NCBI GenBank assembly: GCA_033764015.1
Contig: JANRJK010000008.1
Coordinates: forward strand, 34,685 to 98,684
Source: Candidatus Sumerlaeia bacterium
GTDB lineage: Bacteria; Sumerlaeota; Sumerlaeia; SLMS01; JANRJK01
Reading direction: 5' to 3'
DNA length: 64,000 nucleotides
Position 1 is the first letter of the stretch. Every line of letters begins with the position of its first letter. Below are positions 1 through 9,816 of this stretch, piece by piece. The notes beneath the pieces are model-generated. The model saw nothing but the letters and a program-made list of their open reading frames with translations. It had not been told where the DNA came from and ran no database searches. The position numbers and the translations under genes are program-made.

Positions 1-364
1 CCAGGCCCGCGCGGCCGACGCGCTCCGCGGAGCCATGCCGCTTGCCGCGCCCGTCGCTGATGCCGGCGTGGCCGACGAACAACTCGGAGGCCGCCAGCGG
101 CGACGCGGTCTCAAGCCCCCCCAGCGGCTCCAGCCGGTTGCGGAAGAACGTAAGCTGGTAGCCGAACGGGTCGCCGTTCTCCGCCTCGACGTTACCGGTG
201 AAGTACCACCACTCGGTCTTGAACTCCGGGTGGCTGCCGTGATCGCGGGGGAACTCGAAGGCGAAGCCGGGTCGCGCGGGGCGGAAGCCCTCGGCGGGGA
301 GCGCCGCGGCCAGCGACAGCAGCACGGCGGCAGAATAGAGGCGGGGGAGGGACGGGTAGCTCAT
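1..364 (-). CDS. AttH-like / carotenoid 1,2-hydratase (CrtC) lipocalin-fold secreted protein, 5' part (runs off window start)
   Basis: Not in the ORF track. Manual translation from ATG at 364 gives MSYPSLPRLYSAAVLLSLAAALPAEGFRPARPGFAFEFPRDHGSHPEFKTEWWYFTGN...FGYQLTFFR: a signal peptide plus the FPxDHGxHPxFxxEWWY motif of the family. Confidence 0.8.
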   Translation of the reverse strand, partial: MSYPSLPRLYSAAVLLSLAAALPAEGFRPARPGFAFEFPRDHGSHPEFKTEWWYFTGNVEAENGDPFGYQLTFFRNRLEPLGGLETASPLAASELFVGHAGISDGRGKRHGSAERVGRAGL

Positions 365-393
365 GCCGCCCGGAGGAACCAAAGCCGTGCCGG

Positions 394-1266
394 TCACTCG
401 CCGCGGAGACGCCGCATCGTTTCCCAGGTCGCCTCTTCGATGTCCGGGCGGTGCCCCGGCATCGGCGCCCTCGGCGGCGGGGGAGCGAGCGTGCTCGCCT
501 TGGGGGCGTCCGTTGGCGCATGCGCCAGCGGGCGGAACCGCAGCTCCGCCGCCGGGTAGTGCGCCGGTGTCGGCGGCACGTCGTCGCCGCAAACCGGCGT
601 CTCGGCGTGCCGGCGGGGATCGGCGCTGCCCATCCGCTCCTTGAGCGACAGCAGCTCCTCCATCGAGTCGAGGTCCAGCGTGTGCAGGTCGCCGAGCTGC
701 AGCGCGTTCAGCAGAATGCGGGCGTACTGGTCCAGCGTCTCCAACCGGTAGTAGGCATCGAAGGGATCGTGCCCCACCACGATCGCGCCGTGGTTCGCCA
801 GCAGGAACGCATCGTGGTTGCGCACCCACGGCGCCAGCGACCGGGCGAAGTCCCACGTGCCGGTCGTCGCGTAGGGCACCAGCGGCACCGGCCCGAGGTT
901 CACCTCCGCTTCCGCCACCACGCAACGGGGGAGCGGCCGCCGCGCGATCGCGAACGCCAGGCCGTGCGGCGGGTGCGCGTGGACCACGCAGCGCACATCG
1001 GGGCGTTCGCGGTAAATGAACAGGTGCGCCTTGATCTCGCTCGTGAGGCGCCGGTGCCCCTCGAGCTGCCGCCCGTCCAGGTCCACCACCACCATGTCCT
1101 CGGGGCGCATGAAGCCCTTCGAGGACATGGTCGGCGTCGCCAGCACGCGGTTCTCGCCCACGCGTTGCGAAAAGTTGCCGTCGTTGCTTGCCACATAGCC
1201 GCGGTCCCAAACGCGGCGGCCCACCTCGCAGAACGCCTCGCGAAGGCGCTGTTCAAGCTCGTTCAT
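394..1266 (-). CDS. Class II aldolase/adducin family protein (fuculose-1-phosphate aldolase-like) with C-terminal extension
   Basis: Real start MNELEQRLREAFCEVGRR at 1266, overlapping the upstream stop. Motifs NDGNFS, TPT..SKG, SE..AH, VVHAHPP, LLANHG, E(T)L. Confidence 0.88.
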   Translation of the reverse strand: MNELEQRLREAFCEVGRRVWDRGYVASNDGNFSQRVGENRVLATPTMSSKGFMRPEDMVVVDLDGRQLEGHRRLTSEIKAHLFIYRERPDVRCVVHAHPPHGLAFAIARRPLPRCVVAEAEVNLGPVPLVPYATTGTWDFARSLAPWVRNHDAFLLANHGAIVVGHDPFDAYYRLETLDQYARILLNALQLGDLHTLDLDSMEELLSLKERMGSADPRRHAETPVCGDDVPPTPAHYPAAELRFRPLAHAPTDAPKASTLAPPPPRAPMPGHRPDIEEATWETMRRLRGE

Positions 1267-2051
1267 CGCCTCAGGAACCCCGCGATCCGCTGCCAGAATG
1301 TCCGCGACACCACATCCTCCTCCAACTCGCCGGTCCGGCGCTGTTCCTTCGGGGCGATTTCCTTGGCGTGGCGGGCCGCCTCGCGCGCGCGCTCGGTGAA
1401 GTTCAGCTCCGCCAGCGCCTTCGCGTACAACTGCCACGTGTGGTAGTGCCGCAAGTTGCGCTGCGCCGCCTTGCCCAAGTAGTCCGCTGCCGCGCTGAAC
1501 TTCCGCAGCCGGAAGCACACCATGCCCGCCTCGAGGGGCGTGCGCCAGTCCTCCGGGCCCGCCAGCTCCAGCGCCTTGTCGAAGCAGAACGTCGCATTCG
1601 CGTTGTTCGCGAGCAGCAAAACCTCGCCGCGCCCAAGCCATGCCAGCGGCGAGCCCCCGCGCGACATCGCGTAGTCGCTGATCCCCATCGCGCGCTTCGT
1701 GTCGCCCACGTACGCGACCACCCGTGCCCGCTGCGACAGCAGCGTCGGCTCCTCCGGAAACTGCTCCAGCGCGCGGTTCGACCACACATCGCCCTCGCGG
1801 TACTGCTTCATCGCGAGCAGCGCGTTCACCTGCCCCGACCACGGCGCGAGCTGCGTCGAGTCCGCCTGCAACGCCCGCGAATAGAGCCGCAGCGCCCCGC
1901 GCGGATCGCCGCCGAAGTACGCGTCGTCCGCCTGCGCCAGCAGCGAGCCGTACTGCGACTCCTGCTCGGCCTCCGCCGGTTGCGACGGCGCCGCCACCGG
2001 CGCCTCTGCAGGCGCCCCCGGATGGCGTTCGAGTTTCTGGAAACGGCTCAT
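1263..2051 (-). CDS. Tetratricopeptide repeat protein
   Basis: MSRFQKLE start. Multiple TPR-like helical repeats (ALRLYSRALQAD, AWLGRGEVLL..CFDKALEL, AADYLGKAAQ). Translationally coupled to the aldolase. Confidence 0.8.
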   Translation of the reverse strand: MSRFQKLERHPGAPAEAPVAAPSQPAEAEQESQYGSLLAQADDAYFGGDPRGALRLYSRALQADSTQLAPWSGQVNALLAMKQYREGDVWSNRALEQFPEEPTLLSQRARVVAYVGDTKRAMGISDYAMSRGGSPLAWLGRGEVLLLANNANATFCFDKALELAGPEDWRTPLEAGMVCFRLRKFSAAADYLGKAAQRNLRHYHTWQLYAKALAELNFTERAREAARHAKEIAPKEQRRTGELEEDVVSRTFWQRIAGFLRR

Positions 2052-2100
2052 GCGGCGCGGCGCACCTCGCGTCGGATGCTGCCCTCGCGCCACCCCGCGA

Positions 2101-2997
2101 TCAAGCGCCAACGGGGGGCAAATCTGCTCCAGTCACTTCCGACTCGCCGCGCGGACGCAACGGCTGCCACCACGGCCAGCCGGCAAACGGGTCCGGCTCG
2201 CCGGCCGCAGCGGAAATGTAGGCCGAGAAGGAGGCGTCGATGACCGCCCCAATGTCCGGCTGCTTGCTGAGCCAATTGCCAATCGACGACTCGGTTGCCT
2301 TCACGACCGGGTGCTCAACCCCGGCGATCCTCGCCGCCTCGACCTGCCAACGGGCGGCAACAACGCAGTCCATCTTTGAAGGACGGACCGCGCCAGCATT
2401 CATCCCAAGCTGGATGGCCGGGCACAGAGCCGCCAAGCCCACCTGCAAGAACTCGAAGATTGTCGACCCGACCATCCCCCCGCTAGGCGCGGCGAAGTCG
2501 GCAATCATCGCAACCATCATCCAAGAGAGCGCCAATCCCGCCATGCCCCCCCAGATCGCACCGCTTTCAACCCGCGCCCGGCCAATCACCTCCCGTCCCG
2601 TCAGCCCCGCCGCATGGAGCTGGATCAGCACCGGATCCGGGGGCAGGCCTTTCTTCGTCAAGTCGCCCAGGCGCAAGCGCTTCGGCTGCCCATCCCCGAT
2701 GCTTCCCCGCGACGCGAATCCCCACGATCTCCAAAACCTCCCACCATCGGAGAAGGCGCTTATCAGCTGGAAGAGCATGAGCGCGGGGAAAAGAAACCTG
2801 TGGAACGTCGGGTGGGCGACAAACTGCAGTGCGAGGAGCGCGAAAACCACAGGGATCGCAACCCCCGCCGCAAACCACCACCAACGCCCCCGGCTTCGCT
2901 GCCACGAAACGTAGGAATCCAGAAAGGGCGACTCGCCCTCAGGAGGAAGTCCCTGCAGCCGCCGCCACCCCCGACTCAGCACTCCCACAACCCGCAC
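2101..2997 (-). CDS. Hypothetical integral membrane protein
   Basis: 298-aa ORF with about 4 hydrophobic segments, same strand as its neighbours. No family motif recognised; start uncertain. Confidence 0.5.
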   Translation of the reverse strand: MRVVGVLSRGWRRLQGLPPEGESPFLDSYVSWQRSRGRWWWFAAGVAIPVVFALLALQFVAHPTFHRFLFPALMLFQLISAFSDGGRFWRSWGFASRGSIGDGQPKRLRLGDLTKKGLPPDPVLIQLHAAGLTGREVIGRARVESGAIWGGMAGLALSWMMVAMIADFAAPSGGMVGSTIFEFLQVGLAALCPAIQLGMNAGAVRPSKMDCVVAARWQVEAARIAGVEHPVVKATESSIGNWLSKQPDIGAVIDASFSAYISAAAGEPDPFAGWPWWQPLRPRGESEVTGADLPPVGA

Positions 2998-3085
2998 TCC
3001 GCAATCGCGAAGCCCACCGCAGGCAGCGGCGAGACAAACGCATCAAGATCATGCATCGGAACCATTTCAGGCACTGGGGGTCAAC

Positions 3086-3162
3086 TGGTCGGGGTGGTGG
3101 GACTCGAACCCCGACCCCCCCGCCCCGAAAGCAGCTGCGCCAGCCAACTGCGCAAAATCCCG
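3086..3162 (-). pseudogene. Degenerate tRNA-Pro-like sequence (tRNA pseudogene or att remnant)
   Basis: Minus strand reads CGGGATTTTGCGCAGTTGGCTGGCGCAGCTGCTTTCGGGGCGGGGGGGTCGGGGTTCGAGTCCCACCACCCCGACCA (77 nt). It has CGGG...CCCCG-A-CCA ends as in tRNA-Pro, a GCGC/GCGC D-stem and a GGTTCGAGTCC T-loop, but mismatches in the acceptor and anticodon stems. Confidence 0.65.
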
Positions 3163-3369
3163 GCGAGAAGTGCCACTGCCCGCGCGCGCGCTCCTCGGCA
3201 AGCGGAACGTTCCGCATGCGCAAGGGGGGCCACCCCAGAAGGCTCGGCTTGTCACTCCGCGCCGATGCTCGAAGACTGTAGGTTGAGCTTCACCGAGCGA
3301 CAGCATCACGGACGCCGACCTCATGGACATCGCCGCCCTCCGCCGCATCCACCGGATCGAGCCCCGGCG

Positions 3370-3591
3370 GTGAAGACGCACGACGGACGCTACTTCATGC
3401 CCCCGCTCCCGGAATGGGAGTACGGCACTTGGGAAGGGGCGGAGTACGCCAACCTGCGCGACGCCGCCGCGAAGACGTTCCCGGAGCGCCTTGATGCGGT
3501 GGAGGAAATGGGGCGCCTCGCCGAGGAGTTCCGCGAGGCGCGCGAAGCGCCAGCCCCGCCGCCACCGCCGGAGGAGCCGAGTCCCTCCTGA
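3370..3591 (+). CDS. Small hypothetical protein resembling partners of nucleotidyltransferase-type TA modules
   Basis: GTG start overlaps the upstream TGA (GTGA). Sequence WEYGTWEGAEYANLRDAAAKTFPERLDAVEEMGRLAEEF has normal coding composition. Confidence 0.55.
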   Translation: MKTHDGRYFMPPLPEWEYGTWEGAEYANLRDAAAKTFPERLDAVEEMGRLAEEFREAREAPAPPPPPEEPSPS

Positions 3592-3625
3592 CTTCGCGCA
3601 TCGCCCATCGCTTCCGCGAGCCCCC

Positions 3626-4564
3626 CTACCTCTTGCGCTTCTTCCTCGGCTGCTTGATGCCGAAATCGAGCAGGTCGCGCTCGTTCTTGCGCCAGTTCTT
3701 CCGCACCTTCACCCACAACTCTAGGAACACCGGCGCCTGGCAGATCCGCTCGATCGACTGGCGCGCGGCGGTCGAGAGCTTCTTCAGCGTCCCGCCTCCG
3801 TCGCCGATCAGGATGCCCTTCTGGCTGTCGCGCTCGACATAGACTGTCGCGCGGATCACCCACTTGCGTGGCGGCTCGTTCTCCTCGAAGTCGTCGATCT
3901 TCACCGCCACCGCGTAGGGCAGCTCCTGCTGAAGGAAGAGGAACGCCTTCTCCCGGATCGCCTCCGCGGCGAGGTCGCGCAGCTGCGCGTCGACGAACAT
4001 CTCGGGGTCGTACAGCATCGGCCCTTCCGGCATCCGGGAGCGGACCTCCGCCATCAGCCCGGGCAGCCCGGCGCCCGACTTCGCGCTGACGCCGAGCACG
4101 CGCGCGTAGGCGCTGCGTTCGATGCCCGGCAGCTCTCCCGCCTGGCAGCCGGCGTCCACGCGCTCGTTCTTGCCGTCCAGCTTCGTCAAAACTAGGAGCC
4201 GCGGCGCGGGCGACGCCGCGAGCGCGCGCCGCACCGCCTCGTTCATCGGCTCGTGGTCCGCCACGTCGACCAGGTGGACGATCAGGTCGACGCCATCCAG
4301 CCCGTAGGAGATGTTGTCCGAAAGCGCCGTGTTGAGCGGATCGTTCGGGTCCACCGCGCCGGGCAGATCGACCAGCACCACCTGCGAGGTGTCGTCCGTG
4401 AGGATCCCCGCGAGGCGTGTGCGCGTCGTCTGCGGCTTCGCCGAAACCGCGGCGACCTGCTCGCCGACCAGGGCGTTCAACAGCGTCGACTTCCCGGCGT
4501 TGGGCTTGCCGACGAACGCGGCGAACCCGGAGCGGAATCCCGCCGCCGTCGGTGTTTCACTCAT
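3626..4564 (-). CDS. era: GTPase Era
   Basis: GKPNAGKSTL, KPQTTR, DLPG, ELPY and the C-terminal KH domain motif LELWVKV..NW. Confidence 0.96.
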   Translation of the reverse strand: MSETPTAAGFRSGFAAFVGKPNAGKSTLLNALVGEQVAAVSAKPQTTRTRLAGILTDDTSQVVLVDLPGAVDPNDPLNTALSDNISYGLDGVDLIVHLVDVADHEPMNEAVRRALAASPAPRLLVLTKLDGKNERVDAGCQAGELPGIERSAYARVLGVSAKSGAGLPGLMAEVRSRMPEGPMLYDPEMFVDAQLRDLAAEAIREKAFLFLQQELPYAVAVKIDDFEENEPPRKWVIRATVYVERDSQKGILIGDGGGTLKKLSTAARQSIERICQAPVFLELWVKVRKNWRKNERDLLDFGIKQPRKKRKR

Positions 4565-5036
4565 TGCCAGCCTCCCAGGCCATCTCGGCGAACGCGCGCG
4601 CGGCGGGCAGCTTGAGCAGGCGCCGCTGCTCCGCCCACATCGCCTTCTTGCGCTCCGCGGTGTCGTGGTCGTGGCCGAGCAGATGCAGCAGCCCGTGAAC
4701 GAGCAGCAGCGCCATTTCCTCCGGCGCGCTCTTCTCCGCCTCCACCGCCTGCCGCGCGGCGAACGGCACGCAAAGCGCCAAATCGCCGAGGTACTCGCGC
4801 GGCCCTTCTCCCGACGGAAAACTCAGGACATCGGTCGCGCGGTCCTCGCCGAACCAATCGCGCTTGAGCTGGCGGATGCGCGCCTCGCCACAGAAGAGCA
4901 TGCTCACCTGCGCCTCAGGCTGGCCCAGCGCGTCGAGCCCCTCCGCGAGCAGCGCGCGCGCCGCCTTCGCGAGCGGTGCCCGGCGGCGGACGCCGGCGCG
5001 CTCGAAGCGGACGGGGAAGCGCTCCGGCCCCGTCAC
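4557..5036 (-). CDS. ybeY: rRNA maturation endoribonuclease YbeY
   Basis: TDVLSFP, YLGD and [11 protein letters not shown] motifs. GTG start at 5036 overlaps the dnaJ-like stop; adjacent to era. Confidence 0.93.
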   Translation of the reverse strand: MTGPERFPVRFERAGVRRRAPLAKAARALLAEGLDALGQPEAQVSMLFCGEARIRQLKRDWFGEDRATDVLSFPSGEGPREYLGDLALCVPFAARQAVEAEKSAPEEMALLLVHGLLHLLGHDHDTAERKKAMWAEQRRLLKLPAARAFAEMAWEAGNE

Positions 5037-5953
5037 GAGCCGCCGCCCTGCAATACCCGAAGCCGTTCGAATAGTTCGCGCTCCGCCGCCGTGAGCGTCT
5101 TCGGCACCTGCACCATCACTTGGTAATAGAAATCCCCCGTGGCGCCGGCCCTGTCCGACAGGCCCTTGCCGCGAACGCGGATGCGGCGTCCGCTGCTGCT
5201 CCCCGGCGGGATGCCAAGCGTCACCGATTCGCCGTCCGGCGTCGTCACGGGCAGCGAGGCGCCCAGCGCCGCGTCCGCCGCGCCGACAGGCAGATCGGCC
5301 ACAACGTCCAGACCCTCCACGCGGTAGCGGCCCGAGACCGCCTTCACGCGCAAGTGCACGTCGCCACCGCCGGGCGCCTGCCCTGCGAGGCGGATCACCT
5401 TTCCCAAGCCGATTCGCTTCGGGATGCGCACCTCGAAGGTCCGCGTACCGCCGGATCCCTGCAGCCCGATCGACATCGTGCCCCCTTCCAGGATCACCTC
5501 GGCGGGCACCTCCAGGTCGGTTTCGACGTGCGAGGGCGCCTCCTCCTCTTCGTGGAAGCCGCCATTGAATGGCGACGGCCCCCCGCGGAACCCGGCGCGG
5601 CCGCCGAAAAGCGATTCGAAGAACTCGCTGAAGTTCGCACCGCCCATCCCGCCCACATTGACGCGGCCGCCGCCGGGCATGCCGCCCCCGGCCCACCCCG
5701 GCGGGGGATTGAAGTCCTGCCCAGCCTTCCAGTTCGGGCCGAGCTGGTCATAGGCGGCGCGCTTCTTCCCGTCCTTCAAGACCTCGTAGGCCTCATTGAT
5801 TTCCTTCAGCTTGTCCTCGGCCTTCGGGTCGCTCTTGTTCACGTCCGGGTGGAACTTGCGCGCGAGCGTCCGATACGCCTTGCGGATCGTCGCGGCATCG
5901 GCGTCGCGCGGAACGCCGAGCATCTGGTAATAGTCCCGGTAATGGACGGCCAT
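5033..5953 (-). CDS. cbpA: DnaJ-class chaperone without zinc finger (CbpA-like)
   Basis: J domain with HPD, G/F-rich linker, [10 protein letters not shown] motif, DnaJ C-terminal domain, no CxxCxGxG repeats. Confidence 0.88.
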   Translation of the reverse strand: MAVHYRDYYQMLGVPRDADAATIRKAYRTLARKFHPDVNKSDPKAEDKLKEINEAYEVLKDGKKRAAYDQLGPNWKAGQDFNPPPGWAGGGMPGGGRVNVGGMGGANFSEFFESLFGGRAGFRGGPSPFNGGFHEEEEAPSHVETDLEVPAEVILEGGTMSIGLQGSGGTRTFEVRIPKRIGLGKVIRLAGQAPGGGDVHLRVKAVSGRYRVEGLDVVADLPVGAADAALGASLPVTTPDGESVTLGIPPGSSSGRRIRVRGKGLSDRAGATGDFYYQVMVQVPKTLTAAERELFERLRVLQGGGS

Positions 5954-6055
5954 CGAGGAATCCTAGTCTGCGAACCGCATGGGGCCCACTGGCCCATCAG
6001 GGGTTAGGCAATCGCCGCGCCCGCTTGAAAGGGCGCTTCCCCCCTCCGCCGTGGG

Positions 6056-7624
6056 TCAATCGGCGTCACTGCGTTCCGGTACCGGCGCGCCGTGCGCCGG
6101 TGCGGCGCGACGGATCCCGCGCAAGAGCGCGGCGAAGGTGATGAACGCCGCCGCCCCGAACCCGGCCCAAAGCGCCCGCGACGCCCCGAACGGCGCCTCC
6201 GCATCCGCCACCCGCACCACCCATGGGAAGAAGTACCACTGGTGCAGGCGCGGCGGCATCTCCTCGAACCAGAGTTCCGAGCCGGCGAACGTTCCGGAAG
6301 CCACTGCCAGCACACTCTGCAACCGCCACCAAATCCGCGACGTCCCGTCCCAGTAGTCGAGGTCTTGCAGCGTCTCCAGCGGGAACGGCAGCAGCAGCGA
6401 CAACACCTGCACGCAGAACGCCGTGGCGAGCAGCACCCCCGCCGCGATCCGCCGAGGGCTCGGCCAAGCGCACCAACAGCTCGCCAGCCACGCCGCCCCG
6501 AGCAATAAGACAAGGTGCAGCGGGGGAGTGAGGAACCGGGCTCCCCAGGACGCCTCGCCCGCCCAGGTGTACCAGCGCGCGTAGAAGAGCTGGTACGCCA
6601 GCAGCAGCACCAGACCCGCGGCCAAGGCACGGCGCGGGGCTCCTCCTGTGGAAGCCTTGCGCCAAGCCAGTGCCGCAGCGGGCGCGAGCAGCAAGAGCGG
6701 ATCGAACAGGATCAGCGCCTTGTCGGGACTCAGCCAAGGCCCGAGGAAGCCCTCCCAGAAGGGCGTCGAGAATGGGAAGCTCCCGGGGAGCGCCGGGTTC
6801 GCGCGGCGGAACTCGCGCGCAAGCAGGTCCATGTAGGTGCCGCCGATATCGCCAAAGCGCAGGTACTGGTAAAGCCGCTCCACTGCGAGGAACGGCAGCC
6901 ATCCGGCTGCCCCGAACGCGAGGCCGCGGCCCACGAAACCCGCTCCGCGGGTCCATGCGAGCGCCAAACCGAGCCCCGCCAGCACCGCCAAGTCGAACAC
7001 CGCCGGAAGCCGGACCAGCAGCGCGAACCCCAGGCAGGCGCCCGCCAGCGCCGCCCATCGGCCCCCATCGCCGCGCGACCAGCGCAGCACCCCCGCCGCC
7101 GCGCCGCAGAGCAGCCCGAGCAACAGCATGTTCTCCTGGTCCACCTGCAGGTAGTGCAGCTGGCTTGTGCAAAGCAGGCAGACCATGACGGCGGCGCCGG
7201 CATGGGCAGGGCGGAAGTCGAGCACCCGCAACAGCCCGAACATCGCCAACGCGCAACACGCGTTGAGCAGTGGAAACGTCAGCAGCGAAACGAACAGCAC
7301 GTGCCGCACGGTGGTTCGCAGCGACTTCCACGGCGACGGCCAGATCAGGGAACTTGCGACGTCGGCGGGCAGCATCACGAGGCTCTGCCCGAGCCCGTAC
7401 CACGCGTGCACCTCACCGATGTCGGTCTTGAGCCCGAAGCGGGGATAGTCTTGTGGCAACACTGGCGGCTGGTCTGTCCACAGAGACCGGGTGACCTTTA
7501 GCCGCTGGATCGTATCGATCCCGCCGAGGTCGCCCGACTTGACGAAGGCCGACAGGAACAGCGCGAAAAGGAACAAAAGCGCCGCGAGCCGCCGGTCGCG
7601 ACGGCGATCCTCAGACGGGCACAT
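6056..7624 (-). CDS. Polytopic membrane protein, probable GT-C fold (ArnT/PMT-like) glycosyltransferase
   Basis: More than 10 TM segments; YGLGQS, SPDKAL.LFDP and W.G..SWGARFL motifs typical of lipid-carrier glycosyltransferase-like proteins. Overlaps the moxR stop. Confidence 0.65.
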   Translation of the reverse strand: MCPSEDRRRDRRLAALLFLFALFLSAFVKSGDLGGIDTIQRLKVTRSLWTDQPPVLPQDYPRFGLKTDIGEVHAWYGLGQSLVMLPADVASSLIWPSPWKSLRTTVRHVLFVSLLTFPLLNACCALAMFGLLRVLDFRPAHAGAAVMVCLLCTSQLHYLQVDQENMLLLGLLCGAAAGVLRWSRGDGGRWAALAGACLGFALLVRLPAVFDLAVLAGLGLALAWTRGAGFVGRGLAFGAAGWLPFLAVERLYQYLRFGDIGGTYMDLLAREFRRANPALPGSFPFSTPFWEGFLGPWLSPDKALILFDPLLLLAPAAALAWRKASTGGAPRRALAAGLVLLLAYQLFYARWYTWAGEASWGARFLTPPLHLVLLLGAAWLASCWCAWPSPRRIAAGVLLATAFCVQVLSLLLPFPLETLQDLDYWDGTSRIWWRLQSVLAVASGTFAGSELWFEEMPPRLHQWYFFPWVVRVADAEAPFGASRALWAGFGAAAFITFAALLRGIRRAAPAHGAPVPERSDAD

Positions 7625-8627
7625 CGACCCGCTGGAGCACCTCGCGCACGGCTTCCACCTCTTCCTGCGAGGCGACGCCGCCGCGCTCGAAGCTCTGCGC
7701 CACCTGCACGCGGTGCGCCACCACCGCCACGGCGACCGCTTTGATGTCGTCCGGCGTGACGAAGCGGCGCGCGTCGAGCAGCGCGCGCGCCTGCGCCGCG
7801 CGCCGCAGCGCCAGCGTCCCGCGCGTCGAAAGGCCCAACTCGAACACCGCCGCGGAGCGCGTCGCCTCCGCGATCCGGGTGATGTAGTCCAGAAGGTCGT
7901 CGTCCACCTTCACGTCCATGGCGACCTGCTGCAGTAGTTCCACCTCGGCGATGCTGAGCGCCGGCTTCACGTTCGTCTCCTCCTGCGCCATGCGCTGCTC
8001 GCGGAGGATCTGCATTTCCGCTTCGCGGCTCGGGTAGCCGACGCTGATGCGGACCAGGAAGCGGTCCATCTGCGACTTGGGAAGCGGAAAGGTGCCGTGG
8101 AACTCGATCGGATTCTGCGTCGCCACCACCATGAACGGGTGCGGGAGGCGGTGCGTCTCCCGGTCCATGGAGACTTGGCCCGTGTTCATCGCTTCGAGGA
8201 GCGCGGACTGCGTCTTGGGCGTCGTGCGGTTGATCTCGTCCGCAAGCACCACGTTCGCGAACAAGGGCCCTTCGCGGAACTCGAAGGCGCGCCGTTCCGG
8301 GTCGAAGATCGACACGCCGAGGATGTCGCTCGGGAGCAGGTCGCTGGTGAACTGGATGCGCTGGAAGCTGCCGTCGATGCTGCGAGCGAGCAGCGAGGCG
8401 AGTGTCGTCTTCCCGACGCCGGGCACGTCTTCCAGGAGCACATGCCCCCGGGCGAGAAGCGCACAGATGCAGAGGTCGACCACTTCGCGCTTGCCGCGCA
8501 TCACGGAGACGATGTTCTCGCGCAGCCGCGCGATGAGCTTTTCCGGTTCCACGTTCGCGAAATCCCCCTGCGGCGCCCCCTGCGGGCGGCAGACGGGAGC
8601 GGAGCGAAACCGCGGCCACGGGGGCAA
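7611..8627 (-). CDS. MoxR family AAA+ ATPase
   Basis: [52 protein letters not shown]. Exact start uncertain. Confidence 0.93.
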   Translation of the reverse strand: MPPWPRFRSAPVCRPQGAPQGDFANVEPEKLIARLRENIVSVMRGKREVVDLCICALLARGHVLLEDVPGVGKTTLASLLARSIDGSFQRIQFTSDLLPSDILGVSIFDPERRAFEFREGPLFANVVLADEINRTTPKTQSALLEAMNTGQVSMDRETHRLPHPFMVVATQNPIEFHGTFPLPKSQMDRFLVRISVGYPSREAEMQILREQRMAQEETNVKPALSIAEVELLQQVAMDVKVDDDLLDYITRIAEATRSAAVFELGLSTRGTLALRRAAQARALLDARRFVTPDDIKAVAVAVVAHRVQVAQSFERGGVASQEEVEAVREVLQRVDVPV

Positions 8628-8715
8628 CCACTCGTTTCCCGGTGGAAAGCGTTCGGCCCGCCCGGAGTCGCCTCCGGGCGGGCCGCCGATGCGCCAGCGG
8701 GGGAGCGCCGGGCGC

Positions 8716-9816
8716 TTACGCCACGGTCACTTCCTTGCACAGGTAGACGTCCTGGATGGCTCGCAGCAGCGCGGCGCCCTCGCCCATCGGGCGCTGGAAC
8801 GCCTTGCGGCCGCTGATGAGGCCCATGCCGCCGGCGCGCTTGTTGACGACCGCGGTGAGCACCGCCTCCGCCAGGTCGCCCTCGCCCGAGCTCGCGCCGC
8901 CCGAGTTGATCAGCCCCGCGCGCCCCATGAAGCAGTTCATCACCTGGTAGCGCGTCAGGTCGATCGGGTGGTCCGTCGTGAGGTCCGTGTAGATCTTCTT
9001 CGAGGTCTTGCCGTAGCTGCTGCCGCCCATGTTGAGGGCGTTGTAGCCGCCGTTGTTGGTCGGAAGCTTCTGCTTGATGATGTCCGCCTGGATCGTGACG
9101 CCGAGGTGGTTCGCCTGCCCGGTGAGGTCCGCCGACGTGTGGTAGTCGGTGCCGTTCACCTTGAACGCGTTGTTGCGGATGTAGCACCACAGGATCGTCG
9201 CCATGCCGCGCTCGTGCGCGTAGGCGAAGGCCTCGGCGATCTCGGTGATCTGCCGGGTGGACTGCTCGCTGCCGTAGTACACCGTCGCGCCGACCGCCAC
9301 CGCGCCCATGTCCCAGGCCTGGTCGATGTTGCCGAACAGCACCTGGTCGAACTGGTTCGGGTAAGTGAGCAGTTCGTTGTGGTTGATCTTCACCACGAAC
9401 GGGATCTTATGCGCGTACTTGCGGGCCACCATGCCGAGGACGCCGTAGGTCGAGGCGACGGCGTTGCAGCCGCCTTCGATCGCCAGCTTCACGATGTTCT
9501 CCGGGTCGAAGTAGGCGGGGTTCGGCGCGAAGCTGGAACCGGCGCTGTGCTCGATGCCCTGGTCCACGGGCAGGATGCTGACGTACCCGCTGTTGGCCAG
9601 GCGGCCCGTGCCGAGGATCGCCTGCAGGCTGCGGAGCACCTGCGGGTTGCGGTCGCTCAGCGCGAAAACCTTGTCCACCGAGTCGGGGCCCGGCAGGTGC
9701 AGGTGCGAGGCCGAAACCTTCGCCTTGTGGTTGAGCATGTCGCCGGCGCGGTCGCCGAGCAGTTCTTCGATCCGTTCGATGCCGAGTTCGGCGGAGGCCT
9801 GCATGAGGGCGCTCAT
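8716..9816 (-). CDS. fbaB: Class I fructose-bisphosphate aldolase (DhnA/FbaB type)
   Basis: [46 protein letters not shown]. Confidence 0.95.
   Translation of the reverse strand: MSALMQASAELGIERIEELLGDRAGDMLNHKAKVSASHLHLPGPDSVDKVFALSDRNPQVLRSLQAILGTGRLANSGYVSILPVDQGIEHSAGSSFAPNPAYFDPENIVKLAIEGGCNAVASTYGVLGMVARKYAHKIPFVVKINHNELLTYPNQFDQVLFGNIDQAWDMGAVAVGATVYYGSEQSTRQITEIAEAFAYAHERGMATILWCYIRNNAFKVNGTDYHTSADLTGQANHLGVTIQADIIKQKLPTNNGGYNALNMGGSSYGKTSKKIYTDLTTDHPIDLTRYQVMNCFMGRAGLINSGGASSGEGDLAEAVLTAVVNKRAGGMGLISGRKAFQRPMGEGAALLRAIQDVYLCKEVTVA

Noticed and set aside
1267..1842. N-terminal 190-aa extension of the aldolase in the ORF track
   Set aside because: It overlaps the TPR gene in another frame; the family-like sequence begins at MNELEQ (1266).
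3086..3162. Functional tRNA-Pro or tRNA-Arg
   Set aside because: Acceptor and anticodon stems have multiple non-Watson-Crick mismatches; reported as a pseudogene instead.
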